A DNA stretch of 64,000 nt, taken from Chrysomallon squamiferum (taxonomy: Eukaryota > Animalia > Mollusca). The position numbers were made by a program, and so were the translations under genes. Below the pieces are notes generated by a model. It searched no databases, had not been told where the DNA came from, and saw nothing but the letters and a program-made list of their open reading frames with translations. The DNA lies in the NCBI GenBank assembly GCA_012295275.1, contig CM022665.1:37510001-37574000 (forward strand), read 5' to 3'. Each line of letters begins with the position of its first letter. The first letter of the stretch is position 1. Positions 16,022 to 58,700 of this stretch are shown here, in pieces.

Positions 16022-16445
16022 GATAATAATGACTAAAACAAAAACATAAAACCATAACAATAACAACAACAACAACAACAACAATAATAATAATAATAAT
16101 AACAAAGCAGTAGTAGATGCAGAGCAGTAGCAGAAGTACCATGTTAATTCAAGCTAGAAACTCAAATGACAAAAATGCTTATATAAAATTTATGTTGTTA
16201 GAATCAAGATCTCTAACAAATGCAGATACATGCTTTAGTGTTTGTATGCGTATTCATATAAAATATTTTTATTACAGATATTTGTTTATTTATATAAATT
16301 ACCTTTACTCATAAAAAAAAGTTTGCTTTTGTTCCCGCATTGTAATTATATATACACACACCGACATACCCACATACATACATATATATATATATACATA
16401 CATGCATTAATATATCCTTCATATAATTATATTTAAAATACATTA

Positions 16446-16482
<37 letters not shown>

Positions 16483-16815
16483 TATCTTATTTACCTGTTC
16501 TTATCAGATATATATATATATATATGAATTAAACTGTAAGAAAAGACTACTTAAATGAATACATTCGGAAACTCGCCTGTCGTAAATACCGCGATACTGG
16601 AGTCCAACCTTCGTACATTCGGCCCTATGGACGCGTATTCCGCGAAAGCTTTTCACAGGATAGATAAATAAAGCAGAGACGGTGCCGACCTGTTGGTAGC
16701 AGTTTTTTCTACACCAGTGCATGTACGAAGTCACGCCATATTTAATTACTGCACCAACTGCCAGGGTTCCGAATATCAAAGCGGGAGTCGTCGAAATGTC
16801 GTCAGATAAACCCAT
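12940..16815 (-). CDS. MTARC: mARC/MOSC paralog C, 6 exons
   Basis: Exons 16577-16815 (GC donor AG|GCGAGT), 15682-15858, 14731-14905, 13972-14112, 13377-13513, 12940-13048. Motifs IYPVKS, DCGD, AFSD, FRANI, CTRC, FGVN, VGDPIY. Confidence 0.92.
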
Positions 16816-18214
16816 AGCTGTTACAGTGTGATATTACTTCTCTGTCTCTGTTTTATTTTTTTTATTTTTGAACAATGAATGATACCCAAACGTGCTCGAA
16901 CAAGTTTACTATTATAAATAGCTCCGATATACCTGATTAACAGGATATTTATTCTAAGCTAGTATTGATCCTGTGGAAAAACGGTTCTTGACCACTTCGT
17001 TACGAAACGTTAGCGGCTGTGGCATAGCTTCTAAATGAAATGGTCTTATTAAACATTTCTTGTGTTGTTTTTAATCCAACTTATTTTGAGAGCCGAGTAT
17101 GTGTACTCAGGTAGTGTAGGTGATTTACAACACTAGTTAGATTGTCTAAACGACATTTCAAAGTGTTTAAAACAATTCCAGCTGTAAGTCGTGCAGTAAC
17201 CATGGAATTGTCAAAAAGACACAGCAAAAAAACAAAAAAACAAAACCAAAAAAAATCATCACAACAATATAAAAAAAAATGTAAAAGCAAAAACGAGAAA
17301 ATGAACTCTAATTTAAAGGTTATTATTATTATTATTATTATTATTGTTGTTGTTGTTGTTGTTATTATTATTATTATTATTACCACCATCATTATTACAT
17401 TTTATTCTCATTTTATTACACTTTGTTTATTTGTTTTTATTATTATTTTGTTTTATTAATTTATTTATTTATTTTGGCAAAATATAAAACATTAAAACTT
17501 TTCAAAAACTATATATATATATATATATAATTATACGTTGTTGCACGCACCTTATATTAATCTGCTTCCAAGTTTTACAGATTTTCAAGTCATTTTAAGA
17601 AATTCGTAATGTTACTGCATGTTACAAAGCTCAATGGTTTTTAACACAACACCAGGGACCTTGAATAACAACAATAATTTTAATTACTGCTTTGTTTAGA
17701 GGTTGGCGAACGCTGTGTCGATAAACACTCCCCCCATCCCCCCATTTGATTGGATTTGCATTCGGAATAACTGCACACCCATCAACCAGGTCATTGGCAA
17801 GTCTAGTACCAAAAACTCACGTTGACTGTCTTGCAAATTTGATTCAGCTGACAGTGTTATACATACGTAGGTAAGTTTTAAGTTACAATCATAAATCTGA
17901 ACTTTTCACGTATGACATCTCCTTACTAGACGAAAATTCGAGACATGCTTATGGTGTCGGCAATAATAACTGTAACCAAAAAAAAACCTCCCTCACTACT
18001 GGTATTACTACTACTACTAATAACAATAATGATTTTAAGTGATATAGCCTTGTGAATTCTTTGATAAAAACAATATGCTTCGTATATTATAAAGCTCAAC
18101 ACGTTTCTGCTTGAAAATTTTACCTGTTTTACGATTGCAAGAATCAAAGTTTCAGATTAGATTTTATTCAAAAAAATTTTGATGAAAGAAAATTTGTGGT
18201 AAACTTAAGGTCTT

Positions 18215-18245
<31 letters not shown>

Positions 18246-18254
18246 TTATTTTAA

Positions 18255-18321
<67 letters not shown>

Positions 18322-18471
18322 TGGTTTAGTATAATATCAGCAGTAATAGTACTAGTACAGTAATTAGTAGCATTAATAATAACTAGTAGCAGTAATATTA
18401 TTATTAGAGAATTTATTAGCAAAATATAAGAAGTAATAATACTAGTTATGATAGTAATAGTGGTAGTACTA

Positions 18472-18745
18472 GAAGACAAAATCCAGAAGGCAATCTCTCT
18501 TCACGAAGACCTCCTGACTATCGTATAGAGACGCAAACTGCAATGGTTTGGACCCGTCTCCCGTTCATCAGGTCTGTCCATAAGCATAGCGAAAGAAAAC
18601 AAGTCAAAATGGAGAAGAGGTGGGAAGATAACTGAAGGGAGTGGACAGAGTTGATGTTTGCAAAGTCTCAGGCGGCAGTGAGGAACAATGGAGGAAACTG
18701 GTTGTAAAAATCTCCGTTTTGTTCCACTACGGTTAACGGGGTAAA
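18472..18745 (+). mobile_element. RTE-clade LINE 3' fragment
   Basis: Broken translation IQKAISLHEDLLTIV*RRKLQWFGPVSRSSGL...KRWEDN*REWT...WRKLV is typical of the RTE ORF C-terminus. Confidence 0.7.
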
Positions 18746-19237
18746 GAATTGAAGAAATATTATGTATTGCTTTTCATTTGAAATGCACAATGTCTAATCT
18801 TGCTTATCTAATCGCATGTAGCTGATTTCAAAACAAAACAAAACGACCAAGTTAGTTATACTTCCATATTAATTACATGTAATTGTTTTCAGAACAAACA
18901 TATCAGATCCTAGTATTATGCCGTTTAAATACGTTACTGTTTTGTGGTTGTTGCTAACAATCCATGTCCGACGGTCCAAGGATTTACACAATTTGTTATT
19001 CTCTTCAGATTTATGTGGTCAACAGAATAGAGAACTCTGTGTTCTGCGATCCTCAGGATTCAATATTGCAAAAACGATTTTACTGACAAACAGGTTTTGA
19101 GGTAACTAGAAAATTGACTAAAATGTTCAGTATTCCCTAATTATTATTATTTCAGACAAAACATTTTATCTGATTATTGGTTTCTTTCTCCTCTTTACTA
19201 TAGTATATTAATATCCTTTTCAGTATCAACAACGACA

Positions 19238-29680
<10,443 letters not shown>

Positions 29681-32416
29681 ATCAGAAAGTTGTTCAACAA
29701 AAACTGACCTAACATTATTTAAACTAATGACTGAAGTTACAGCAAATATATGACAGTTATGTGTCACCACGTTACATAACAATTATACTGTGTGAATTTG
29801 GATATAATTATTGTTTTAATTTTACGTCAAGACTGCGCTTGAAAATTCTAACATCTATAAAGTAATGGATATTTTTATACAAAATTTGTCGTGCTCGTTT
29901 TTGTTTTTCTTGTATTGTTCATTAATAGTATGCTGTGTAAATTTAAAAAAGGATAACTAATAAAGATCTGTGCAGCTTACATTGTATTAGAAAGCTATCA
30001 TTAACGTAATAAATTAAGGATCTCCTATCACACAGAAGTGATCTGAAATCAAAGTTTAAAGAATTTATTTGGATGAGCATTCAGTTGAAACTCTTTTGTA
30101 ACATTTACAGATTTAGCTAAATTCATACATATACATAACTGCATGAATTATACTCTATACCAGACGCTTTCAAACTGTGGGCACACAAGTAAAATTATAA
30201 TTTTGCATTTTACTTTATCCAGTTGAAGCACTGTGCATTGTTTTCTCATTTATTAACATACAATATTTAGTCTATTCTGCCGTATTTGGAAAGGAGTTTG
30301 AATCAACAAAATATTTTCAAATTAGAACAAAACAAAAAAAAAATTGAAAATCTTTGCTGTTTACTAAAGAAAGTGTTTTTGCATTTTGGTTATTGATTGA
30401 TTAAATATAGCGTGTCCTTCATTAGTCTTTATGGTTGCTCGAGTTCTTTTCTCTTTTTTTTCCAAATATTTTGTTGTGATTTACAAGGGTGAAGAGTAAA
30501 ATGTCAGTTTTAACTGCTATTTATAATAGTGTATTATACAGTGACAGTAATAAATATTCTCCCGCTTGTGTTTTGTTTTTCATTATTTATTATGACCTAT
30601 TAGTATCACATTTTAATAATCATTTAACAAATGAACATAAATGTGTAACTCTTTTTAAAAATAAGTACTACTTGGTTTTAGCACAATTTGTTCAGTTTTA
30701 TGAAATCTAAAATGATAGGTCACTGTTATTAGTCCAATGATTAATCTCATGACCTATCAAGTGAAATCACACACCATGGGCTTTGATCAACCAGCCATGT
30801 AATGTAAAAAGAAAAGCAACACAGCGATACTAAAACCACACCTTTGGCATGGCAAATTATTTATTAAACATGAATATGTTACATAATAAAAATTTATTTC
30901 TGCTAAAACAGCTACGGCACAATATTTTTTATTTTTTTATAATAATTTTTTTTTTTTTTTTTTTTTTTTTTTCTTCAATTCATGGAACTTAATATTTTAT
31001 TTTTTAAAAATGTCTGTTAAACATTAAGGGAGAGCTCAGAAGACAAATTTACTAAGATGTACACCTGACGGTAATAAATAACATACTATACAATTTCAAC
31101 AAATAAAACTTGTTTTTGTTTTGTTTTTGCTCACAGTTTTAGTGTGACGTCTGCAAAATTATTTCATAAAGTATGAATTCATTTGCTCGTCAATTAAAAC
31201 TAAACAAAAAAGAAAAAAAAAATAAGACAGACAGAAAAGTTCCCCAGAAAACAAGATATAAAACACTGACACAACAGATGTAACTGAATGATAAAATAGG
31301 TGATAAAAAAGATGAAGACGCTATGTCACTTTTGTATGGAGTTCTCTTTGACCTGCTGGATTTTTCTGTCACTAAAATCTGGAGCAGATGAACCATTTGT
31401 GTGTGCAGGGATTAATTTCAACTCCCACCCCCACCCCCCAAAAAATAAAAAAATTATCAGTGAGTAAGATGAATAACCAAAACATTGTTCAGTAAAGTAA
31501 TTAAATAATATGTACACATGTACATACATTATCTTGAAATTCAGTCAAATGATTCCTTTTAAAACTATTTTTGAAAAATACATTTCTTTAATTATGTTAA
31601 GAAGTGTGTAAGACATCAGTATGTACTCCAGAAAGAATTTAAAAGCAACTTTATTTTAGAATTTTTTATATGGGGGCAGATTCACACTCAACTCTTCTCC
31701 AGTTGTATAAAATTGAAATCCTGGCACAGGGTAACAGATTTTTCTGAAGCTCTCCATTAATATTTCCAAAAATATGTTATTTATAATTACATGTATATAT
31801 GTATATATAATCACTGCACAAAAATATACATTGGACTTCATTGCTTTTCATTTCTGTGTATCTTGCTTAAACGTTTCACTCAACACTTAACAAGCTGCCA
31901 TTTGCCTTTTGTCAGAGAAGAAAAAAAAAATAAGTACTTCACCTCTGATTCAGAGATTTATTTTAAAAAGTCCCACTGAGAGTGAAATGTTTAATAACTG
32001 CTTCTTTTTAAAAAAAAAAACAACTAAGAAGTCTTCATCTGAAAAATGAACAGTACCAATATAAATGGATGTCACACAAAACAAATATGGCTTTATGTTT
32101 TCAGTGAGACTGTGTCATTATTAAAAAAATCACTTTCAGTGCAAATGTCAAGTGACAGACAGTTCCATCACATTTAAGAGAACTCTGAACATAAGGATGC
32201 AGTGTCTTCAAAAAATTCTTTTCCTTGGCTTTCAGAAATGCAAAAGTTCATGAACCTCCCATATGAAGTTTTACACGCATCTGCAAATGGTGAAAAATAC
32301 CATCCAGCAGTGGCTTCTTGTCAAACGTTTATTGGTCAAAATTAATCCCTGCACACACAAAAAAAATTGGAATGGTTTTTCTCTTGCCTGTAGTTCCCAT
32401 GGTTAGCAACAAAAAA

Positions 32417-32521
<105 letters not shown>

Positions 32522-32689
32522 TAAAAAAAAATAAAAATAAAAAGATATAGATGAATTAAAATGAACAATGCACCATGTGTCTAGGAGACAAGCACCCAGT
32601 TTTAATCTGAGACAATGCACCATAGGTATGCCATAGGAACCTTGCTGCCATTTATTGTCTACTTATAGTCTTGTGATTTACAGCTGGCA

Positions 32690-50122
<17,433 letters not shown>

Positions 50123-50321
50123 TCACGATCACGTCTAAAAACGACCGTTATCATTTAGGTTAATAAAACAATAAAAATTGAATTAATAAAAGCCACAGTT
50201 ATGTTCTAAACATCTTGTAACATTGTTCAGAAATATGGTGCAATCGTCTGCACCGAAGATATTCAATAAAATAAAGTATCAACAAAATTGTATCATTCCT
50301 AAACACAACATCAAATCTACT

Positions 50322-50336
50322 GATGCCGCCATATTG
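50322..50336 (-). promoter_or_regulatory. YY1-like initiator motif near the PPP4R3 5' end
   Basis: Minus strand CAATATGGCGGCATC resembles AANATGGCGGC, ~280 bp upstream of the ATG. CCAAT-type boxes at ~50390 and ~50615. Confidence 0.35.
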
Positions 50337-51979
50337 AATGCTTGATAACTGTAACACGGGGGTTACACTTGACCTAACACGGTTTACCGCCAATCTCAAA
50401 CAGGGAAAATAATCTAAGTCGAGTAAAAAGTTTTATTTTGTTTTAAAAGTACCTTTACCATTGTCTTATAAGTTTTAACATGAGTTGATGTTAAGTCTGA
50501 ACGACTATACAGAGGTCTAGTACTTTCCAATATAATTCTACCCAACAATTTTCTTCTGTTTTCCATGTATTTCAGTTTTTGTAAATTATTCGATTCAAGA
50601 AATTTTTCCTCTGGATTGGCCGTGCTGGATAATCCGATTATCAGATAAAGAATATGTTCATTTCTCAGTATGCCTACTTGTAAATACAGTAATGTTTTGT
50701 TTTCAAATAAAAATAAATAAATACTCCTGTTTTAGCTTTTCGGAAGCTACTAGTATAGCCTACTATTTTCAAGGTATTTCACATCAAACTTCTGGACTGC
50801 TACGTATTCTCGGCGAACTTAATACAAATAAGAACACACTACATAATTAAGAAACCTATAAATATGTGTATATAATAGGCCTGTACACGTGTATTTTTAA
50901 TTAACAGGCCTATAAAAGTGTACATGTATTTAATAATATGTTATAATTAGTCTCGAAATCACGTGATGCGAAATTGGGAATGACGTTTTTGGAAAATGTT
51001 GAAAAGGATACTACTATCGTTTTAAACGTCATTTATACTGACAAATATTTATAGTTACTAACTATTCACTGGTATGAGATATTCATGGAAAGAGAGTTTC
51101 TTTTTTTTTTTTCGATTTTTTTAAATTGTTTTAAGAGATAAATTATATTACATTATTAGTATTTTAAGCAATCCTGTTATCCTATACATCCTGCCATCCC
51201 AGCATTTATAGTTAGCGCACTTTTCCAGGATATACACTGTCCTCCAGCAGTTTATAATAATAGTTTTTACCATTTATTATTATTTTTATTCATTTATTTA
51301 TTTTTCTTGTTGTTTCAAAGAAGTACTATTATTATTACTATTGCTACTCCTACTAGTTTTTGTAGCAGTAACAGCAGCAGTAGTGTTGAAGAACAAGATT
51401 TTATATTTCCTAAAGATTCTGTTTTCTTCTTTAATGTTGTTTTTGTCTCGTAGCGAGATGACTCCTACATTTTAGGCATTAATATGTGTTCGTGTATTTA
51501 TGTACTTAGCATGGCTCATATATATCTACGAAATACTTTATACAATCCTTCTTTTCCATAACTGTCAGATGGGACACGTTTATTTACTCTTTTTTATTTT
51601 AATTTTAATTTTAATTTTTTTTTTTTTTTTTTTCTAGATAGAGAAACATGAAACACGTACACGTGGCTTTTATATTGTATTTTAGGTTTTGCAACGTAAA
51701 AGGATAAATATAAATATAAATAAGACACTGACCAAAGTGGGGAAAAAAATTCAAACAAACCATAAACAACAACAATGATAATAATAATAAAATAGTTGCA
51801 ATTCGTGTTTTTACGATATTTTGATATTTTGCAGATTCCAATTAGATGTTTTCCTGGACTTTTGTTTGTTTGCGTGTGTCTGTGTGTGTGTAATATATAC
51901 AGATTCCTAACTCCACAATTTCATTGTCTGTTAGAGTTAAAGATATGAAGAATATCAGCTGCATCCGAAAAAATCATAA

Positions 51980-52385
51980 CAAGCTGTCATTTGTAATTTC
52001 TAGATTTGACTACTGCAAAAGTTTACTAGCCGGACATCTCAGCTCCATCGCCAGCAGAGGATACGAAAACTATCAAAAAAAAAAAAAAAAAAAAGAACAA
52101 TACCATTCAGATGTATGTTTGACCAGATCACACGGTGTTTCGTGAATGTCACCGGTTTCAGTTTCAACTGATGTTCCTTATTTTCAAGTATCTGTCTGGG
52201 TATATCTCAACGTACCCTCGTGATGACCAAGATCCAAAACCAAACGCCAACTCACAAGTCTTAATAATTCACTATGGACAAAGACATTTTTTTTATTATC
52301 TTCGGCCACCGTATGGAATGATCTTCCATAACACTTAATGTCTTCTACCGCATTGATTTGGACTGAAAACCTATCTGTTCGGTAA
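51980..52385 (+). mobile_element. L2/CR1-clade LINE 3' fragment (second copy ~58745-59150)
   Basis: SFVISRFDYCKSLLAG...HYGQRHF...LKTYLF motifs of the L2/CR1 ORF2 C-terminus. Confidence 0.7.
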
Positions 52386-52579
52386 GGTAATTAAGATTTT
52401 TACAAAGACACTTTACAAACAAAAACATAAATTATATATATAATTTTTATAAAACATTTCTTTATTATTATCTTTAAAATGTATTTATTACTTTCTTTTT
52501 AAACTAATGTTTATTTCTTCATCTATCCATATGTGTGTCCGTCTGTATGTCTTTCTTTCTCCCGCTTTAAGAATTTGAT

Positions 52580-54270
52580 TCAGCCAAACATAAAATAAAT
52601 CAACACGAGTAGCAGTGTAATTATCAGAGCACCCAGTAACGGTTTGTAATGTTTAATCATTTCGAAAGTTGGTGATCTTAATAACCATGAATCTTGCATC
52701 AGCTTCTTCCATTCCTTCATTTTGAAAATCTTAACATTTTCATGTTCTGAAATTATTATTCTACCATCTTCTAGTACACAAACATCAGATGGTTTAGAAA
52801 TATTGCATGTGTTTGGATAAATAAGAGTCATGAGACGTTTTTCTAGATTAATCATCGAAACGTAATTTTGCGTTTCGTTCACAAAAAACACCAGTTTTTC
52901 CGAAACGGAGATGCCTCTTAATCTGGGATAGCCTAAATGGACCCGGTATTCAACGCATCCCTCGGGATCGAAGACAGTAATACAGAGTTTCTTGGAGTCA
53001 GCGATTACTACTTTACCGCTTTTTGTGACCCTTATATGATAAGGATTATGACATGTAATCTCAGACGTCATTAAACCGATGGTCTGGCAATCGTGATTTA
53101 GTATATTCACCTTTTCAGTGGTACCAGCAACCAGGTTTTTGTTTGGAAGCATAGCTATTCCGAAATACCGATGATCAGTGTTAATGGTTCTCAGGAGATG
53201 AACTTTTTTGCCCCGTAATTCAAAAAACGAAATGTTTCTTTCTCCAATACCTGGAACCAAAAAACTGTTGTCACCCGTTGCCGTTATTCCGAATACTCTT
53301 CCCAAATGATTTGTGCTGTCCAGATATTTCCCGTCCATTGTAAAAGCTTTCGCGACAGCATTTACTATATCGGTGACGATTATGGCGCCGCATTTCAGAG
53401 CAATCATTTGTTCAATCTGACCATCCCTTTCATCATGCTCGGTGGCAATGGAGAATTCTGAGAGAAATGTCATATCAGAATAATCCCTTTTCATAGGCGA
53501 CATAAAGTCGTTTATGTATGTCCAACTTTTCATTTCCCCCCCATGCAAAACGATTACTAAAACAAAACTGAAACGAGGAAACTGCCAGCAAAAATGTCCG
53601 ATCACATGACTGTTGTGTACATTATTATTGATAATTTTATCTGGAGTTATTCCCCTTATTACACTGAAACGAAAAATGTCGAAGTAGTGTCTTCGGACCA
53701 GAGAAGTAACAATTAAATGGTTTGGTTCATGATGATATATGCCGTTCTGCCCTAATGTTATTGTCGTCGTTGTTTTCTTCTCTTTATTCCACCCAGTTAT
53801 TGAAGAACTACATAATATACTACAAGTTTGTCAGATAATACTGAGATAAAAATAAAAATTTCTTTTCGAATGTTGTAACGGTCCCCGTTACTCTAAAATT
53901 ACTCAGTCTTAATAGTTTCATGGTCCGGCGTAAATATATGGTATTTACTGTATTTAATTCAATATGTTTATCACCGAAAGTAAAAATAAAGAATTTTTTT
54001 AAAAATAATATGGAAATTAGACATAAGTTTATAACATTAAGCAAACAATCCATTTATTTTATTTTATTTTATTTTTATATATTTTCTTGGGTTATTATTA
54101 TTATTATTATTATTTATGAGTCAGTACGAGTAAATAAACATTTTATATTTCCAGTTTCAAAAATTTAATTCCAACCTTAAGACGCCTTTGAGATGCTGTA
54201 GATGCTGATATTATTATATTTTCATCACGTAATTGTGTACAAACATAGACGCAACCACTACAACAACAGC

Positions 54271-54324
<54 letters not shown>

Positions 54325-54754
54325 TTATTAATAAATAAATAAAGCGTTTGTTTAATGTTATATATAAGATATTTTATAATTTTCAAAGGTTTCGCCTGAA
54401 ATGCATGTTGATGACTATGACAACGAAAATTTCAATTCATTCAAGCTGGCAGATGAGGACCCTACTTTGAACCGGTCCATCTGAAAAAGAAAAAGAGGAT
54501 GATCACGAAGAGTTTATAAAAACGTTAGAAAAGTAAGGCCACGTAAAACAAAAAACTTGTTTATCGTCCACCCATTTCAGTTTTTACAGGTCGGGATGAA
54601 GGTTTTTATTTTTATTTTTATATTTGTATACTGCATTTCATCTTCGGTATTTATTACAAAACTCACACAAGAGGATAACGACGGCATGCGTCCATCCAAA
54701 CCGATCTTTAAGTGGCAGCCTTCCTTTGGCATGAAGCATGTCGCCATTTTCCAT
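52580..54754 (-). CDS. NHL-repeat/beta-propeller protein with C-terminal transmembrane tail, copy 1
   Basis: Main exon 52580-53556 with repeats such as VFGITAT, YFGIAM, PYHIRVTKSGKVVIADS, LRGISVS and PSDVCVLEDGRIIISE; hydrophobic tail LLGALIITLLLVLIYFMFG. A putative upstream coding exon 54667-54754 (MENGD...HAVVILL, phase 1) joins in frame; that link is inferred. Confidence 0.75.
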
Positions 54755-55684
54755 CTACTTATAGACGTCACAAAAGATAGATGAACATTCTATTCTATAG
54801 CCTGACAATTCCTGATAATGGTTAAACAGTTTTAATAGTTTTAACACTTTACTTGAAAAATAATGAATAAAAATATTTAATAAAGGAGGGCAGGAGTATT
54901 TATCAGGTCTGACGGGCATGCTAAACAAGTATTTTTTTTATATTTATTTTATTTTATTATTATTAGGTTGTTTTTTGTGGGGGTTTTTTTGTTGTTGTTG
55001 TAATCTGGCCTAAATTACAGTTTCAAATTATTAAACAATTTAAAGACTTCATTTTAATTCTTTGTTTTAAATTATTATCTAAATATGTTTGGCTATAATT
55101 ATGTATTTAGGATTCTTCCAGTGTATTTATTCATTAATAAAAGTTAAGTCTTACCAGAAGAAAATGAAAATCACAGAAAGGGACTAAACATCTTTCCATA
55201 TAATAATGATAATAAGAAGAAGAAGACGAAATCTTAGTTTTACCTTTTATATTAATATTTCTTGCAATATATATTTACACTTATTCTTGTTGTATTCATA
55301 CATTAAATAAAAGTTAAATATTACAAGAAAACGATGAAAGCCTTATTAATTTCTTAAAATAAAATGAACTGTGCATTCGATGTATTATATTTTCCTGGTA
55401 AATGTAAAGTTTGTTTTCATTATTTCAAATCATCTAATTATTTTAATTATGACATTATCAATCTGAAAAGACAACTCTTTAATACTTATTTATTTGTTTG
55501 TTTTGTTTTTTGTCTTTATCAACTGTGTTTTTTGTTTCTGTAATTATTAGTTTGGTTTTTGTTTCCTTTTCTTTTCTTTCGGTGGCTTCTGAATTTATAA
55601 AGATACAGTCCTGCAACTTTTGTGTGTGTAATACAGGCAACATAACAGTATAATGAAAGGCATGTATTTTGTAGTTCATAGAAC

Positions 55685-55731
<47 letters not shown>

Positions 55732-58700
55732 AGATTACCGTGATACATAAACCACAATTAATTTTCAGAATATTCAAGGCATGATAATTTATCCAGTGTC
55801 ATGGTACGTGATAGAGTGCAGAGTCCCAATGTGGGATAAATAACTGGGTTATTAATGTACTGGTAACTTTTCATCATTAGCTCTTCTAAGTGAGTAATTC
55901 TTAAAAACAATATTTAAAAATGTTCCATTTGTTAGATGGGCCCATGCTGTATGTAAATTTAAAAAAAGTATTAACATATTAATATTATATAATAGCTGAA
56001 TATGAATTTTTAAAAGAAAACAAAAAAAATGTTTTCTGCTGGGGCTTCTGTCTTTAAAGTTAATATGAATATTACAATTATTTTGAGATACGGCTAGATC
56101 ATTCTGAGCAGCATGTATGCAGGCATTTTTCAACAATTGAAAAAGAAGTATAAATTATCCATATGCAAAAAAAAAAAAAAAAAAAAAAAAAACATTTAAA
56201 GAAAATGAAATATGCTCAATTTACGAGTGGGATAAAGGGAAACATTTTGTAAATAAACTGTCAGCAGTGAATTAATCTCAGGTTTAGCCACCCACACCAT
56301 CAAATCACACCAACAAGAACACAGTTGCAGATCAAACACATTGATGTTTATTGTTATCTATTTTTAACACAGATGTACCAACTACCTCTGAATTAAGTAA
56401 TATCCCTGATGTACAGTCTATGTGTATTAGAGTAAATATGCAGAACCAGTTATAGAGCTGATGTCATGCAGTGTACAAACAAAGACAAAATTTAAATTCA
56501 GATCTCTGTCAGTAATCATGTTAAGACATGCTTAATCTATCAGAAATTCAAAACAGACACCTGTAACATACATTGGAGATGCTAACAAATGTTTTGGAGT
56601 AACTTATAGCATAGTTATTTTATGTGTGCATTCAGAAATTATCCTTTAACCATATTATAAATTAAATGTAAGAATTAATGCTGTAAAGGTTTTTTGTTGT
56701 TGTTTTGGTTTTATTAAATTGGTTATAAAATATTTATATAAATATGCTTTAAAAAAAACACAAAAAAAAACACAGACTGGTATGTATATTATCACCTAAA
56801 TAATATCCAAAACATATATATATAATCACACACATTTCATTCTTTAAATTACTTTTCTATAAACCATTTCATGCCAGACTTTTTATTAATTTTTAAAATT
56901 ATTTTATCATTACATTTTTAATCAGAATTTTTAATTTTTTTTTTTTAATTTCAAAAATGAAATATTACATCTAAAACTTGTTTCAAAACATTTATTTTAT
57001 ACTGTGATCTTTAACCAAATTTCTTTTTGTCAACCATTTTTATGTATGACCAACTGTTACACTAATACTTTATATTTTACTATTTTAACCCTCTAATTTG
57101 ATATATGATCTCAGCTGAATGCTATTTTCTGTGACATTAACTTGAATCAGTTAAACTAGGCTTCATCTAAAAGGACATGTTGATTTTGAATAGCCAAAAC
57201 GTTTCACTTGGCTGAATCCAAATACAAACAGCATGGCAAATACTGTGAACAAAATAGAACTGACCTAGTATTTTGCTGAGGATGGTTTTTTCAGTTTTGT
57301 CTATTTTAATAATCAATGATGAAATATTTTTACTTTTATTAAATGCTTAAAAACAGAAACTGATAATCTTATTACCAATTATTCAAACATTAATTTTTTG
57401 TTCATACCATGTTAAATTGCTATAAGAATACTGAAAACTTCTGCCTATTTTTTGGCAGCAGGTCATTACCAGATTTGTACTGATGTTATTTCACATTACA
57501 GCTTTGCAAATGGGCTGTTCCCTGCAGCAGTGATTTTTAAAATCTACATGAGCAAGTTCCTCTTAGCTTTAGCATAAATATATTTACATAAATTTATCAG
57601 GAATAGTGTGGCTTATTTATTTACATATTGTCATTTACAAATTTAAAAAAAAAAAAATACAATAAATACAATCAACAATAAAAAATATATAAAAAGAAAT
57701 AAATAAAATTTAAAAACTGAAAATAATAAAATAATTGAAAAGACTTTTGTCAAGAATCTTTACTTTAAAACATGGCAAAAGTTATAGTTTATTTGAAGAA
57801 CTGATGGATTATTTCTTAACAGCTTATATTTTATAAAGAAATACTGAATACAAGTAACATTAACCTGTTTGTTGTCAGAAACAGTTGTTGGGAATAATGT
57901 ACAAATTTAGTGTATCTCTGTCACAATTCATTCAAGCTGGTGCATATGTATCATTTTAAATAATTTATGTTTAAAATATCAAAACAAATGAGACACAAAT
58001 TAAAATAAAAAATAAAATGAAATGAAATAATACTAACAGAATATTTATTTACTAAAATTCTTACTTTTATTTTAACCCATGGTGAAGTTCTAAGTGGTTT
58101 GAAAGATGTATTTGTAAGTACCGTTACATTTTGCCTAATTTTGTCCAATAATCAAGTGACCACATTTTGCAATCTGCCAGCAGACTTCCAGTATTTCCAT
58201 CTAATTATATTTATTAATAAATCACTGGGCAAAAATATTTTTTTTATTTCTATTCAACATGTTACATACAGTTTTTTAAATACAAAGGACTGAATAAATA
58301 AATCAGAAACAAAAATAACATGTTAAAAATAATGCGCCAATGTTTAGTTTTATCACTCAACAAAAAAAAAAAAAAAAAAAAAATGGTGTAAAGATCATTA
58401 ATAGGCCTTCATTGTTCCTCTGTGAGCCTCAGTGGAATTTGTTAATGAAAATAAACACAAATCTCCTTCTTATACCATTGAATAATTGATAAATGATTAA
58501 AGATAATTGCATATACAATAAAGATTACAATTTACAAACCTACACAAGTAGGGGTCCGAGACTCAAGGAAGCAGGCTGCAAGTAAGTGTACAAATTATGT
58601 TAAATAAATTTACTTCTTATGGCACGAGTCTGTATAAAATATTTTGTTAATGGCCCTGTTTTAATATAAACAAGATAATGACATACATGTAGATGTTTAA

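Noticed and set aside
2112-16815. Selenocysteine or recoding in the mARC genes
   Set aside because: No in-frame TGA was seen in the modelled exons, and the active-site residues are ordinary Cys codons.
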